A stretch of DNA of 64,000 nt from Gemmatimonadales bacterium (GTDB lineage: Bacteria; Gemmatimonadota; Gemmatimonadetes; Gemmatimonadales; GWC2-71-9): NCBI GenBank assembly GCA_035712285.1, contig DASTBA010000084.1, positions 777 through 64,776 of the forward strand. The letters run 5' to 3'. Position numbers and translations under genes: made by a program. This document shows positions 16,473 to 26,813 of this stretch, piece after piece. Below the pieces are notes generated by a model, which did not search any database, was not told the origin of the DNA, and was given only the letters and a program-made list of their open reading frames with translations. Position 1 is the stretch's first letter; each line of letters opens with the position of its first letter.

Positions 16473-17831
16473 TTACGGATTGGCGGGGTGCTCGACCTCG
16501 CCCTCGTGCAGGTAGTCCTTGTCCTGGTCCTCGTGGTCGTACACTTCCACGCCGTGGTGGCCCAGCTCGCGGTTGATGGTGATCTCCGCCAGCCGGGGTG
16601 AGACCATCGGGAAGGTCCGCGCGAAGAGGGCGTAGCAGACCAGGAAGAGGCCGGCCAGCAGGAATGTCGGCGCCAGGTCCGCCACGCCGAACGCCGGTCC
16701 CGGCATGGACGAGACCGAGGGGGCCACCAGCAGGTACCGTTCGAGCCAGAAGCCCAGCAGGCTGACCGTCGCGAACAGGCCGAGGGTCACGGGCGTCTTC
16801 TTGGGCAGCACGCCGAGCAGGCCGATGAACGGGATCAGGAACATGCCGAAGAACACCATCTCGCCGATGATGAGCCAATGGCCCCAGAGGCGGGCAAAGA
16901 CGAATCCGGTCTCCTCCGGCATGTTGCCGTACCAGATGACCAGGAACTGGGCCCACATCAGGTAGCCCCAGAAGACGGTGAAGCCGAAGCAGAGCTTGCC
17001 CAGGTCATGGCGCTGCTTGGGCGACACCAGATCGCCGATGCCGAGCTGGCGCGCGCCGTACATCATGAGCAGGGCCAGCAGCATGTGGGCCTCGAGGAAG
17101 GCGCCCATGAAGAAGTAGCCGCCGAACAGGTTCGAATAGAAGTGCGGCTGCAGCCCCATTACCGCGTCGAACCCGAGCATGGTCATGACGATGGCGTACA
17201 CCACCAGGTACACCCCGGCGAACTTGCTGATCCGCACGTCGTTGGCCGCGCTCGCCTCGGCCGAGCCATCGAAGGCGCGGCTCCACTTCTCGTACAGCGA
17301 CCGGCGTCCGCCGGCCACGACGCCGCGCGCGAGGTGCACGTCGGGCAGCATGTCGTGCTTCACCAGCCGCCAGCCGATCCAGGTCAGGACCAGGGTGCCG
17401 ACGAAGAGCCGCCCGAAGAGGAAGCCCCTGGACAGCCAGAGCGCCTTGCCGGGCGACAGCGAGGGGAGCTGGTCCCGCATCGGCCCGAAGACGGGTTCGT
17501 ACCCGAAGAGGAAGATCAGCACCAGGATCACCAGCGACAGCGGCAGGAACGCCACCGCGGCCTCGGAGAACCGCAGCACCACGCCGGACCACTTGGCCCG
17601 CGCGATCTTGTGCGCCGCGGCGAGGGCCACGCTGCCGAAGGCGAGACTGGTGAAGAAGAGATAGTTCACGTGCAGCATCTGCCACACGCGATCACCAGCG
17701 CCGGTGGCGATGCCCCGCCACGCGAGGATGAAGCCCAGGATGGCGAGGCCGGTGCCCACCCCCAGGAAGGTGCTCCAGCGTCCGCCGACCGAATGGGAGA
17801 CCAGGCGCTCCCGCACGCTGCCGGACGTCAT
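16473..17831 (-). CDS. actF: Alternative Complex III subunit ActF (NrfD/PsrC-like membrane protein)
   Basis: 452-aa polytopic membrane protein, paralogous in pattern to ActC. ATGA overlap with actE. Last gene of the act cluster. Confidence 0.8.
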   Translation of the reverse strand: MTSGSVRERLVSHSVGGRWSTFLGVGTGLAILGFILAWRGIATGAGDRVWQMLHVNYLFFTSLAFGSVALAAAHKIARAKWSGVVLRFSEAAVAFLPLSLVILVLIFLFGYEPVFGPMRDQLPSLSPGKALWLSRGFLFGRLFVGTLVLTWIGWRLVKHDMLPDVHLARGVVAGGRRSLYEKWSRAFDGSAEASAANDVRISKFAGVYLVVYAIVMTMLGFDAVMGLQPHFYSNLFGGYFFMGAFLEAHMLLALLMMYGARQLGIGDLVSPKQRHDLGKLCFGFTVFWGYLMWAQFLVIWYGNMPEETGFVFARLWGHWLIIGEMVFFGMFLIPFIGLLGVLPKKTPVTLGLFATVSLLGFWLERYLLVAPSVSSMPGPAFGVADLAPTFLLAGLFLVCYALFARTFPMVSPRLAEITINRELGHHGVEVYDHEDQDKDYLHEGEVEHPANP

Positions 17832-18466
17832 GGCCGCCCTCCGGTGCTGGACGAGTCCGGTGCCGCGGCCTGCAGCTTCCGGACATAGGTCACCACCGCC
17901 CAGCGATCCGCCGGCCGGTAGAGCTTGTCCCCATAGCGGGGCATCACGCCCCGGCCGTAGCGGATCATGGAATAGATGTATCCGTCCGAGAGCGTCTTCG
18001 CCTTGGCGGTGAGCAGCGACGGCGCGCCGATCTTGCGGGAAATGGGGCCGTCACCGGCGCCGGCGTTGCCGTGACACGGCTCGCAATAGGTGTGGAAGAG
18101 CGTGTCGCCGGTCGCCTCGATGCTGGACGTGAAGGTCGGCACGTCGGGTCCCGGGGGCAGCGCCACGCCGGAACCGCCCGGCCCGAAGGGATTGACCTGC
18201 GCGTCCGCCGTCGTGGTCTTCCCGCTCCGGAACTCGGCGCCCCAGTCGGCCTCGCCGCCGGTGATCGGCACGGTGCCGGGCACCGTGTTGCGCGGGATGT
18301 CCGCCCGCGCATACGGGTGCACCGACTTCTGGCGGATCATGTGGTCGAACCAGGGGATCACGTGCATGAGGTCGTCGGGCGAGGGCACCGTGTTGTACCA
18401 GTACTCGCAGCCGCTCGTGCCCAGCGCCAGCCCGGCCAGCAGCATCCACCGCGCGCCCCTACGCAT
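17828..18466 (-). CDS. actE: Alternative Complex III subunit ActE (monohaem cytochrome c lipoprotein)
   Basis: MRRGARWMLLAGLALGTSGC lipobox. Single CEPCH haem motif with a downstream Met (GVMPRYG). Start is 18466 or 18484. Confidence 0.8.
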   Translation of the reverse strand: MRRGARWMLLAGLALGTSGCEYWYNTVPSPDDLMHVIPWFDHMIRQKSVHPYARADIPRNTVPGTVPITGGEADWGAEFRSGKTTTADAQVNPFGPGGSGVALPPGPDVPTFTSSIEATGDTLFHTYCEPCHGNAGAGDGPISRKIGAPSLLTAKAKTLSDGYIYSMIRYGRGVMPRYGDKLYRPADRWAVVTYVRKLQAAAPDSSSTGGRP

Positions 18467-18988
18467 TCCGCACCTCCACCGCACCCGCGTCCCGGAAGAA
18501 GGCGCCCAGGCGGTCGGACTCGCCGGCCGAGGCCGGCACGAAGATGCCGATGCGGTCGTCGGTGAAGCGCCGGTCGAAGCCGACTTTCCGCACCGCGCGG
18601 GGCACGATGAGCAGTGCCACGCCGAAGAAGGTCAGCAGCCCCGCGATGAGCACCGTGAGTTCGAAGGCGATCGCCACGTAGGGCACCACCGTATTCACCG
18701 ACTTGCCGCCCACCACAAGCGGCCAGTCCCGCCCCATCCACAGCGTCATGGCGAAGCCGGCGGTGCAGCCCGTGAGCCCGCCGATGAGGGTGAACAGCCG
18801 CACGGGGCTCCAGGTGTGCCCCACCGCCGCCTCCACCTCGTGATTGGGATGCGAGGTGTAGACGGTGAGGTCGCGCCGCCCCTCCTTCCGGAGGGCGCGG
18901 ATCGCGTCGCAGGCCGCGTCAATGTGCTCGAACGACGCCAGGACGCCGGGCACCACGCGGCGACGGGGCAGCGGCAGCTTGAGCGCCA

Positions 18989-18989
<1 letters not shown>
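18459..18989 (-). CDS. actD: Alternative Complex III subunit ActD
   Basis: ATG 18989 shares one nucleotide with the actC stop. 176 aa beginning MALKLPLPRRRVVPGVLASFEH, with two predicted TM segments. It sits in the canonical position between ActC and ActE. The ORF-track 561-aa frame is over-extended. Confidence 0.75.
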
Positions 18990-20347
<1,358 letters not shown>

Positions 20348-20349
20348 GG

Positions 20350-23316
20350 TCAGGCCTCCACCCGGTTCTGCACCTTGGCCAGGTAGGTGATGGCCGGGCG
20401 CGTGTTCAGCTCCTCCAGCACGCGGTAGCCGCGCGGATCCTTGCTCGACTGCGCCACCTGACTCTCCGGGTCGCGACGGTTGCCGAAGATGATCGCCTCC
20501 GACGGGCAGGCCTGTGCGCAGGCGGTGGTGAATTCGCCGTCGCGGAGGTCCCGGTTCTCGAGCCGGGCCTGGTGCTGGGCACCGCGGATGCGCTGCACGC
20601 AGAACGTGCACTTCTCCATCACGCCGCGGGCCCGCACCGTGACGTCGGGATTGAGCTGCAGGTCCAGCGGCGACGGCCAGGCCTTCTCGTTGTACTTGTA
20701 CCAGTTGAAGTAGCGCACCTTGTAGGAGCAGTTGTTGCTGCAGTAGCGGGTGCCCACGCAGCGGTTGTACACCTGGCCGTTCAGGCCGTCCACCGTGTGG
20801 TACGCCGCGTAGACCGGGCAGACCGGCTCGCAGGGCGCATCCTCGCACTGCTGGCAGAGCATCGGCACGAAGCGGGCCTCCAGCGGCTCGCCCTCGTCCC
20901 CGCCCTCCCAGTACCGCTCGATCCGCATCCAGCTCATCTCGCGGCCGCGGAGGACCTGGTCCTCCCCCACGGTCGGGATGTTGTTCTCCGCGTAGCAGGC
21001 GGTGACACACGCGGAACAGCCGGTGCACTTCGAGAGGTCGATCGTCATGCCCCAGCTGGGATGCACCTCGGCGTAGTTGCCGAGCTTCCGTCCCTCGACC
21101 TGGCGCTCGCGCCAGCCGGCGATCGCCTTCGCCTCCAGCGGCGTGTTGGTGCCATGCTCCGCGTGCCCCTCGGCGCGCAGCGCCTCCTTCACCGTCATCC
21201 CCTTCTTCGCGTACACCAGCGGGATCGCCTCCGCGATGCCGCGGCCCAGCTGCCGGGGATTGCCCTCGGTGGTGGCCACTTCCTGGTAGTCGTGCGTCTT
21301 CTCCAGCCGGACCCGGGTGGAGACATACGGCACGAATGACGCGCCGGCATCCGGCGCGCCAAGGAGATCCAGCGCGTTGAAGCCCCGGTCCTTCGCGAAC
21401 TGGCCATACTCGGTATGCCCGAAGCCCAGCGGAGCGGCGATCACGCCGTCGTGGAGCCCGGCATACGGGAAGGCCGGCCCGCGGATCTCGCCGTGGGGTG
21501 AGACGATCCGCACCACTTCACCGCGCCGGATATCGAGCCGCTTCGCCGTGGCGGCACTCAGCTCGATCCACGGACTCCAGGTGGCCTTGGTCACCGGATC
21601 CGGGTTCTCCAGCAGCCACGGACGGTTGGCGCCGCGGCCGTCGTGCACGAAGGCCTGCGGATAGGCGACAAACACGAACTCGCCGTCGCCGTCGAACCGG
21701 GGCGCGGCGCCGGAGATCGCGGCCGGCTGCGCGATGGCCGGCGCGGCAGGCGCCTCGGTGTACACCCCGCCCCGCGCGAGCGCCGCGCGCCAGTCCGCAT
21801 CGGTCGGCGTCCGGCTCGCCCAGGCCGCCCTGAGATAGTCCTGGAAGCTCGCCGCGCCGAACTGGCTGAAGGCCGTTCCCAGCTTCTTCGAGGCGGTGAG
21901 GAGCACGTCACCGGTGTGCATGACCGGGAAGACCGGTTCCATCACCGGCTGCATCAGCCCGAACACGCCGGCGCGGGGATAGGCGTCGTCCCAGCGCTCG
22001 AGCGAGTGCAGGTTGGGCAGCAGCAGGTCGCAGAGCGCCGCCGTCTCGTCGAGGTACGTGGCCGTGCCGACCTTGAAGGGCACCTTCTTCACGCGCTCGG
22101 CGAACTTCACGCTGGCGGGAAGGGCGAACGCCGGATTGGCTTCGTGCACCAGGAGCACGCCCACCTGGCCGGCGTCCACCGCCGCCAGCAGGCGCTCGAT
22201 GCCGGCGTAGCCGTCGCCGGTGGGAAGGTCGGCGCCGAACCTGACCGTCCGGCCGATGTTGCCGGCCACCGCGTTCAGCACGTTGACCGCGGCGCAGAGA
22301 TCGGCGGCGCCACGATGCTGGGTGGCGATGCCGCCGGCCACCGCGAGTGTCGGCGACTGGGCCGAGAACTCCAGCGCCACCCGGCGGATGGCCTCCGCCG
22401 GCACGCCGCTCGCCTTGGACGCGGCTTCCGGTGTCCATTCGGCCAGGAGTCCCGCGAACGCACCGGCTCCGCCCCGGCGGCTCGCCACGACGCTGGCCAT
22501 GGCCAGCGCGACGGCGGCCTCGGTGCCCGGTGCGGCGGCGAGCCATTCATCGGCATTGAGGCCGGTGAGGTCCCGGCGCGGCGCGATGTGCACGTGACGC
22601 GCCGCGTCGCCATGGAAACCGTGCGACCGGGAATAGCCGAGCTGGTTTTCGGTGGGGCTGAGCCAGGTGTCGAGGAAGTCGGCGCCGAAGCTCAGGATGT
22701 ACTGCGCCGCCGCGAAGTCATGCGCCGGCAGCTCGTCCCGCCCGAAGGTCCGCTTGTTCGCCTCGCGCATCGGGATGTGGTCGAGCGGCTCCCAGCGGGT
22801 CAGCGTGCCGCCCGCCGCCGAGGTCCACGACGCGAGCAGGTCGGCAAAGGTGCCGCGCGGTGCCCCGGAGAGCACGGCGAGCGGCGCGCCGCCCTTCTGC
22901 ATCGCCGCCACCAGGCGGCCGATCGCGTCATCCCAGGTGATGTCCTTCCAGCCGGCGCCGTCCCTCACCTTCGGGCCGGTGACCCGGCCGGGATTGTAGA
23001 GTCCCTGAAGCGACGCCTGCCCGCGCGCGCACAGCTTCCCGCGGTTCACCGGATGGTCGGGATTGCCTTCGAGCTTGATGGCGCGGCCTTCCCGGGTCTT
23101 CACATGGATGCCGCAGCCGGCAGCGCACTCGGAGCAGGTGCTGGCGTACCAGGTCGGCACCCCCGGGACCTGGTCCTCCGACTGCACCAGGTAGGGAATC
23201 AGTTTTTCGGCCTTCGGGGCGCAGCCGGAGAGCACTGCCGCGCCGCCGCCGGCCACACCGAGGACGGTAAGGAACCGGCGGCGATCCACCGTGGGATTCA
23301 TGCCTTCATCAGACAT
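20350..23316 (-). CDS. actB: Alternative Complex III subunit ActB (fused molybdopterin-oxidoreductase-like B1 + 4Fe-4S B2 domains), Tat signal
   Basis: Twin-arginine VDRRRFLTVLGVAGGGAAVLSGC. N-terminal Cys cluster CSECAAGCGIHV, a MopB-like body, and C-terminal ferredoxin motifs CTGCSACVTAC, CQQCEDAPCEPVCP and CVGTRYCSNNC. Confidence 0.85.
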   Translation of the reverse strand: MSDEGMNPTVDRRRFLTVLGVAGGGAAVLSGCAPKAEKLIPYLVQSEDQVPGVPTWYASTCSECAAGCGIHVKTREGRAIKLEGNPDHPVNRGKLCARGQASLQGLYNPGRVTGPKVRDGAGWKDITWDDAIGRLVAAMQKGGAPLAVLSGAPRGTFADLLASWTSAAGGTLTRWEPLDHIPMREANKRTFGRDELPAHDFAAAQYILSFGADFLDTWLSPTENQLGYSRSHGFHGDAARHVHIAPRRDLTGLNADEWLAAAPGTEAAVALAMASVVASRRGGAGAFAGLLAEWTPEAASKASGVPAEAIRRVALEFSAQSPTLAVAGGIATQHRGAADLCAAVNVLNAVAGNIGRTVRFGADLPTGDGYAGIERLLAAVDAGQVGVLLVHEANPAFALPASVKFAERVKKVPFKVGTATYLDETAALCDLLLPNLHSLERWDDAYPRAGVFGLMQPVMEPVFPVMHTGDVLLTASKKLGTAFSQFGAASFQDYLRAAWASRTPTDADWRAALARGGVYTEAPAAPAIAQPAAISGAAPRFDGDGEFVFVAYPQAFVHDGRGANRPWLLENPDPVTKATWSPWIELSAATAKRLDIRRGEVVRIVSPHGEIRGPAFPYAGLHDGVIAAPLGFGHTEYGQFAKDRGFNALDLLGAPDAGASFVPYVSTRVRLEKTHDYQEVATTEGNPRQLGRGIAEAIPLVYAKKGMTVKEALRAEGHAEHGTNTPLEAKAIAGWRERQVEGRKLGNYAEVHPSWGMTIDLSKCTGCSACVTACYAENNIPTVGEDQVLRGREMSWMRIERYWEGGDEGEPLEARFVPMLCQQCEDAPCEPVCPVYAAYHTVDGLNGQVYNRCVGTRYCSNNCSYKVRYFNWYKYNEKAWPSPLDLQLNPDVTVRARGVMEKCTFCVQRIRGAQHQARLENRDLRDGEFTTACAQACPSEAIIFGNRRDPESQVAQSSKDPRGYRVLEELNTRPAITYLAKVQNRVEA

Positions 23317-23394
23317 CTCGACTCCGGATGGCGGCGTCGGGGATCGAGGGAACACGGCCCTCCATCCACCCGCCGGTCAGGACACGACAGTGCA

Positions 23395-23991
23395 TCAGTA
23401 GTGGCATGCGGTGCAATCGCGCGTCACCTTGCGCTCGATATGGCAACTGATGCAGAAACCCATGTTGTTGATGTTGTTCACCTTGTGGACCTGGGGCATG
23501 CGGCTCACGTCGCCGTGGCAGGTGGCGCAGGCGTTGGGGCCCAGGGCCTTGATGTGCTGCTGGTGGGGAAAGTGCACGTGCTGGGCGAGAAAATGGACCC
23601 GCACCCATTCCACCGGTTTCTTCTTGTTCCACGCGTCGCGCAGCTTGCCGATCTCCGCGGCGTTGCCCTTGTCGGAGCCGCTCACCACCAGGTGACAGCC
23701 CATGCACGTCTCGAGCGAGGGAATGCCCGGTTCGTTGGAGACGTTCACGGAGTAGTGGCAGTACTGGCACTGGAGCTTGTACTGGCCGGCGTGGAGATCG
23801 TGACGGAAGAAGATCGGCTGACGGGGCCCGAGCAGTTTCGCGGTGTCACCGGCGGCCAGCCGCGTGGCGGCGATCGAGTCCGGTTCACTCGGGCCGGCGG
23901 GCTGCTGCGCTCGTGATGTCCGGCCCGCCACCATCAGGGCGATGGCGACGGCGAGTGCACTGCCTCCCGCGACGATCGCAAGCTTCCGCAT
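23395..23991 (-). CDS. actA: Alternative Complex III subunit ActA (pentahaem cytochrome c)
   Basis: Five CxxCH motifs (CQYCH, CMGCH, CATCH, CISCH, CTACH). ATG 23991 is preceded by GAGGTGA and gives the signal anchor MRKLAIVAGGSALAVAIALMVAG. The ORF-track start at 24057 adds 22 non-signal-like residues. Confidence 0.85.
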   Translation of the reverse strand: MRKLAIVAGGSALAVAIALMVAGRTSRAQQPAGPSEPDSIAATRLAAGDTAKLLGPRQPIFFRHDLHAGQYKLQCQYCHYSVNVSNEPGIPSLETCMGCHLVVSGSDKGNAAEIGKLRDAWNKKKPVEWVRVHFLAQHVHFPHQQHIKALGPNACATCHGDVSRMPQVHKVNNINNMGFCISCHIERKVTRDCTACHY

Positions 23992-24026
23992 TATCGGGTC
24001 ACCTCGACCGAGGAGTTTCCAAGTCT

Positions 24027-24042
24027 TGTGAAATGTTTCACA
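24027..24042. promoter_or_regulatory. CRP/FNR-family type palindrome TGTGA-N6-TCACA upstream of actA
   Basis: tTGTGAaatgttTCACAc, with perfect 5+5 half-sites, lies 36-51 nt upstream of the actA ATG 23991. Confidence 0.45.
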
Positions 24043-24087
24043 CAGAGGGCGCGACATGATGGGTCGCGGGGACGCCGCGCGCGCATA

Positions 24088-24115
24088 AGTATAGTCGCCC
24101 GAAGGCGTTTCACAA
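24088..24115 (-). promoter_or_regulatory. candidate sigma-70-type promoter of the act operon
   Basis: The minus strand reads TTGTGA (24115-24110) - 16 nt - TATACT (24093-24088). It lies in the only AT-richer patch of the actA / trmJ-like spacer. Confidence 0.35.
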
Positions 24116-24143
24116 CCCGAACGGAGCGCCTAATCCGAATGAT

Positions 24144-24905
24144 TTACTCGGATTCCTGGTCTCCGGATTCGGCCTCCGTTCGCTCGCCCATCTGGCGCCG
24201 GGTTTCGAGCGCCACGGCCCGCAGCAGCGCCGCCTCACGGGCATCGAGATCGGCCCGGAAGAAGATCTCCCGGAACGAGCGCATCACCGCCGTATCCACC
24301 TTGGACTTGAAGAACCGCAGGGCGCCGAGGGCGGCGTGCCAGTCGCGGAAGAGTGTCTCGAGCTGGTCCTGGGTGGCGGGCGGCGCATCGCGGCGCGGCC
24401 GCTTGAAGGGCAGCGCATCGCCGCCCCTCGCGGTCCAGAGCTCGTAGGCCATGATGGCCACGGCCTGGGCGAGGTTGAGCGAGCGGTGCTCCGGATTGGT
24501 CGAGATCGTCACCAGCAGCTGGCAGCGGTCGAGCTCGTCATTGGTGAGCCCCGAGTCCTCGCGGCCCGCCACGAAGGCCACCGGGCCTTCCGCGGCTCGC
24601 GCCACCAGCTCGGCGGCCGCCTCGCGTGCCCGCGCCGGGCGGCGCCGGGCGGTGCGCTCACGGGCGGAGAGGGCCGCGGCAAAGCCCACCCCTGCGAGCG
24701 CCTCATCCAGCGTCTCGGTGAAGGTGATCCGCGCGACCAGGTCCGCGGTATTGTGGGCGATGCCTTCGATGCGATAGGGATCGAACTCGCGGGGCCGGAC
24801 CAGCGTGATGTCCTCGATGCCGAAGTTCCGCGCGATCCGGACCGTTGCCGCGATGTTGACCAGGTCCTGCGGTTCGACCAGCACGATGCGTGGCGCCGGG
24901 GTCAC
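24144..24905 (-). CDS. SPOUT-class RNA 2'-O-methyltransferase (TrmJ/SpoU-like)
   Basis: IVLVEPQDLVNIAATVRIARNFG, FVAGREDSGLTNDEL and SLNLAQAVAIMAYEL (SpoU motifs). ATGA overlap with the pilT-like gene. Confidence 0.75.
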   Translation of the reverse strand: MTPAPRIVLVEPQDLVNIAATVRIARNFGIEDITLVRPREFDPYRIEGIAHNTADLVARITFTETLDEALAGVGFAAALSARERTARRRPARAREAAAELVARAAEGPVAFVAGREDSGLTNDELDRCQLLVTISTNPEHRSLNLAQAVAIMAYELWTARGGDALPFKRPRRDAPPATQDQLETLFRDWHAALGALRFFKSKVDTAVMRSFREIFFRADLDAREAALLRAVALETRRQMGERTEAESGDQESE

Positions 24906-26344
24906 GCCCCCTCGCCCAGGAAGCTCAGGTCGTGCCGCTTGGCCTTGAGCGCCGACGCAATGCCGGCCTTGTCCACCGCCTTCATGTAGGCCTCCTGCGG
25001 CTCGACCAGCCCCTCGTCCACCAGCGCCACCAGCGAGTCGTTGAGCGTCACCATGCCGGCCTTCCGGTTGGTCTGCATGATGCTGGGAATCTGGAAGGTC
25101 TTCCCTTCGCGAATGAGGTTCGAGACCGCCGGGATGGAGAGCAGGATCTCGCGTGCCGCCACCCGCCCGCCACCGGTCTTCTTGCAGAGCACCTGGGCAA
25201 TGACGCCGCGGAGCGACTCGCTGAGCATCACCCGGATCTGGGACTGACGGTCGGCGGAGAACTGGTCGATGATCCGGTCGATTGTGGAGGCCGCCGTCGT
25301 CGTATGGAGTGTCCCGAAGACGAGGTGGCCGGTCTCGGCCGTCTCGATGGCGATGGACACGGTCTCGAGGTCCCGCATCTCGCCCACCAGCACCACATCG
25401 GGATCCTCGCGGAGCGCCGCACGCAGCGCGTTCTTGAACGAGCGGGTGTGCAGCCCCACCTGGCGCTGGGTCACCAGGCAGCGCTTGCTCTGGTGCACGA
25501 ACTCGATCGGGTCCTCGATGGTCAGGATGTGATCGGTGCGCGTGCGGTTGATGAGATCCACCATGGCCGCGAGCGTGGTGGACTTGCCGGAGCCGGTCGG
25601 CCCCGTGACCACCACGAGCCCCTTGGTCAGGTAGCAGAGGTTCTGGACCTCCCGGCTCAGGCCCAGTTCGTCGGCGCTCTGCACCGACGTCGGGATGACG
25701 CGGAAGACGGCGAACGGGCCGAACCGGTCGCGGCCGGCGTTGCAGCGGAACCGCGCCACCGACTCGATCTCGTACGCCCAGTCGGCGTCCCCCGTCTCCC
25801 GGTATTCCTGCACGGTGGCGGGCGGCATGATGGCGAACAGCATCGCTTCGAGCCGCGGCGCGTCCAGCGCGCTCTCCTCCGCGCGCGCGAGCTCACCGTG
25901 ACGCCGGAACACCGGCGGCTGGCCCGAGCGAAGGTGCAGGTCGGACGCCGAGGTGGTGGCCAGCTCGCGGAGCAGCCGGTCCAGGGCCTGGCGCACCGCC
26001 GACGTATCCGCACCGGCCGCGGCGGCTGTGGCGCCGGCTGACGCACCGGCCGGCCGCACGGTGGCGACCATGCCGCCCGTCCCGGGCGCGAGTGCGGCCG
26101 TCACCGCCCCCGCCGGCGCCCCGTACGTGAACTCGGTGGTGCCGCCCTCCCGGACCTCGGCGGCCGCGGCCGGCGGTGCGATCTCGCGCAGCAGCGCCAC
26201 GATCTGGGCCTCCGACAGCGGTTCGCGCGTGACCGGCCGGGTGGTCCCGTTGGCCTGCAAGGCCGCGGGGTGTCCCGCCACGAGCCGCAGCGCGTCGGCG
26301 CGTTGTTCGAGGAGCAGCTGGATGAGCTTGTCGAGTCGTGCCAC
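24902..26344 (-). CDS. pilT: PilT-family type IV pilus retraction-type ATPase with extra N-terminal domain
   Basis: Walker A GPTGSGKSTT, ILTIEDPIEF, Walker B/Asp box DPDVVLVGEMRDLET, and His box GHLVFGTLHT. There is an additional ~120-aa N-terminal region. Confidence 0.85.
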   Translation of the reverse strand: MARLDKLIQLLLEQRADALRLVAGHPAALQANGTTRPVTREPLSEAQIVALLREIAPPAAAAEVREGGTTEFTYGAPAGAVTAALAPGTGGMVATVRPAGASAGATAAAAGADTSAVRQALDRLLRELATTSASDLHLRSGQPPVFRRHGELARAEESALDAPRLEAMLFAIMPPATVQEYRETGDADWAYEIESVARFRCNAGRDRFGPFAVFRVIPTSVQSADELGLSREVQNLCYLTKGLVVVTGPTGSGKSTTLAAMVDLINRTRTDHILTIEDPIEFVHQSKRCLVTQRQVGLHTRSFKNALRAALREDPDVVLVGEMRDLETVSIAIETAETGHLVFGTLHTTTAASTIDRIIDQFSADRQSQIRVMLSESLRGVIAQVLCKKTGGGRVAAREILLSIPAVSNLIREGKTFQIPSIMQTNRKAGMVTLNDSLVALVDEGLVEPQEAYMKAVDKAGIASALKAKRHDLSFLGEGA

Positions 26345-26351
26345 GTTGGCC

Positions 26352-26813
26352 TCAGTCGAGCGGCCGGATCGACCGGACGTACGAGCGGTTCAGGAACCGG
26401 ATGGTCGTTCCCGTCACCAGCCCGAAGAACCGCCCGCCGGCATTCAGGTAGTCGAGCGTGCGGCCTCGGGTGGGGGGCATCTCCAGATCGGCGCGCCCGC
26501 GATATTCGGCGCCGACCAGCTTCACTTCCATCTCGACGTGCGACTGCGCCCCGGCCCGCGCCGGGTCCGGCGCCGGCATGTCCGCCGTGGCACACGAGAC
26601 GACCACAACCGTGTCCTTGGACAGGAACGCCACGCCGCCGTCGGCGAGCGCCAGCGGGAAAAAGCTCTCGGCCCGGTTCAGCATCTCCACGGGCGACTCC
26701 GGCCCCTCCCGGTAGGCCACGCCCGGCTGGAGGTGCAGCTCGCCGATGATCACGTCACCGCCGGCCACGATCACCGACGCCGCGACACGGCGGGTTTCGG
26801 CCCAGTCGCTCAC
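26352..26813 (-). CDS. hypothetical protein with internal duplication
   Basis: GTG 26813 forms a GTGA overlap with the upstream GNAT stop. High GC3. Two similar halves are present. The gene lies 8 nt upstream of pilT. Confidence 0.55.
   Translation of the reverse strand: MSDWAETRRVAASVIVAGGDVIIGELHLQPGVAYREGPESPVEMLNRAESFFPLALADGGVAFLSKDTVVVVSCATADMPAPDPARAGAQSHVEMEVKLVGAEYRGRADLEMPPTRGRTLDYLNAGGRFFGLVTGTTIRFLNRSYVRSIRPLD

Noticed and set aside
23991-24042. The TGTGA-N6-TCACA box as a class II (-41.5) activator site driving a leaderless actA mRNA.
   Set aside because: The actA ATG 23991 has a good SD (GAGGTGA) 7 nt upstream, and no -10-like hexamer lies at the required position. The promoter at 24088-24115 is more plausible.
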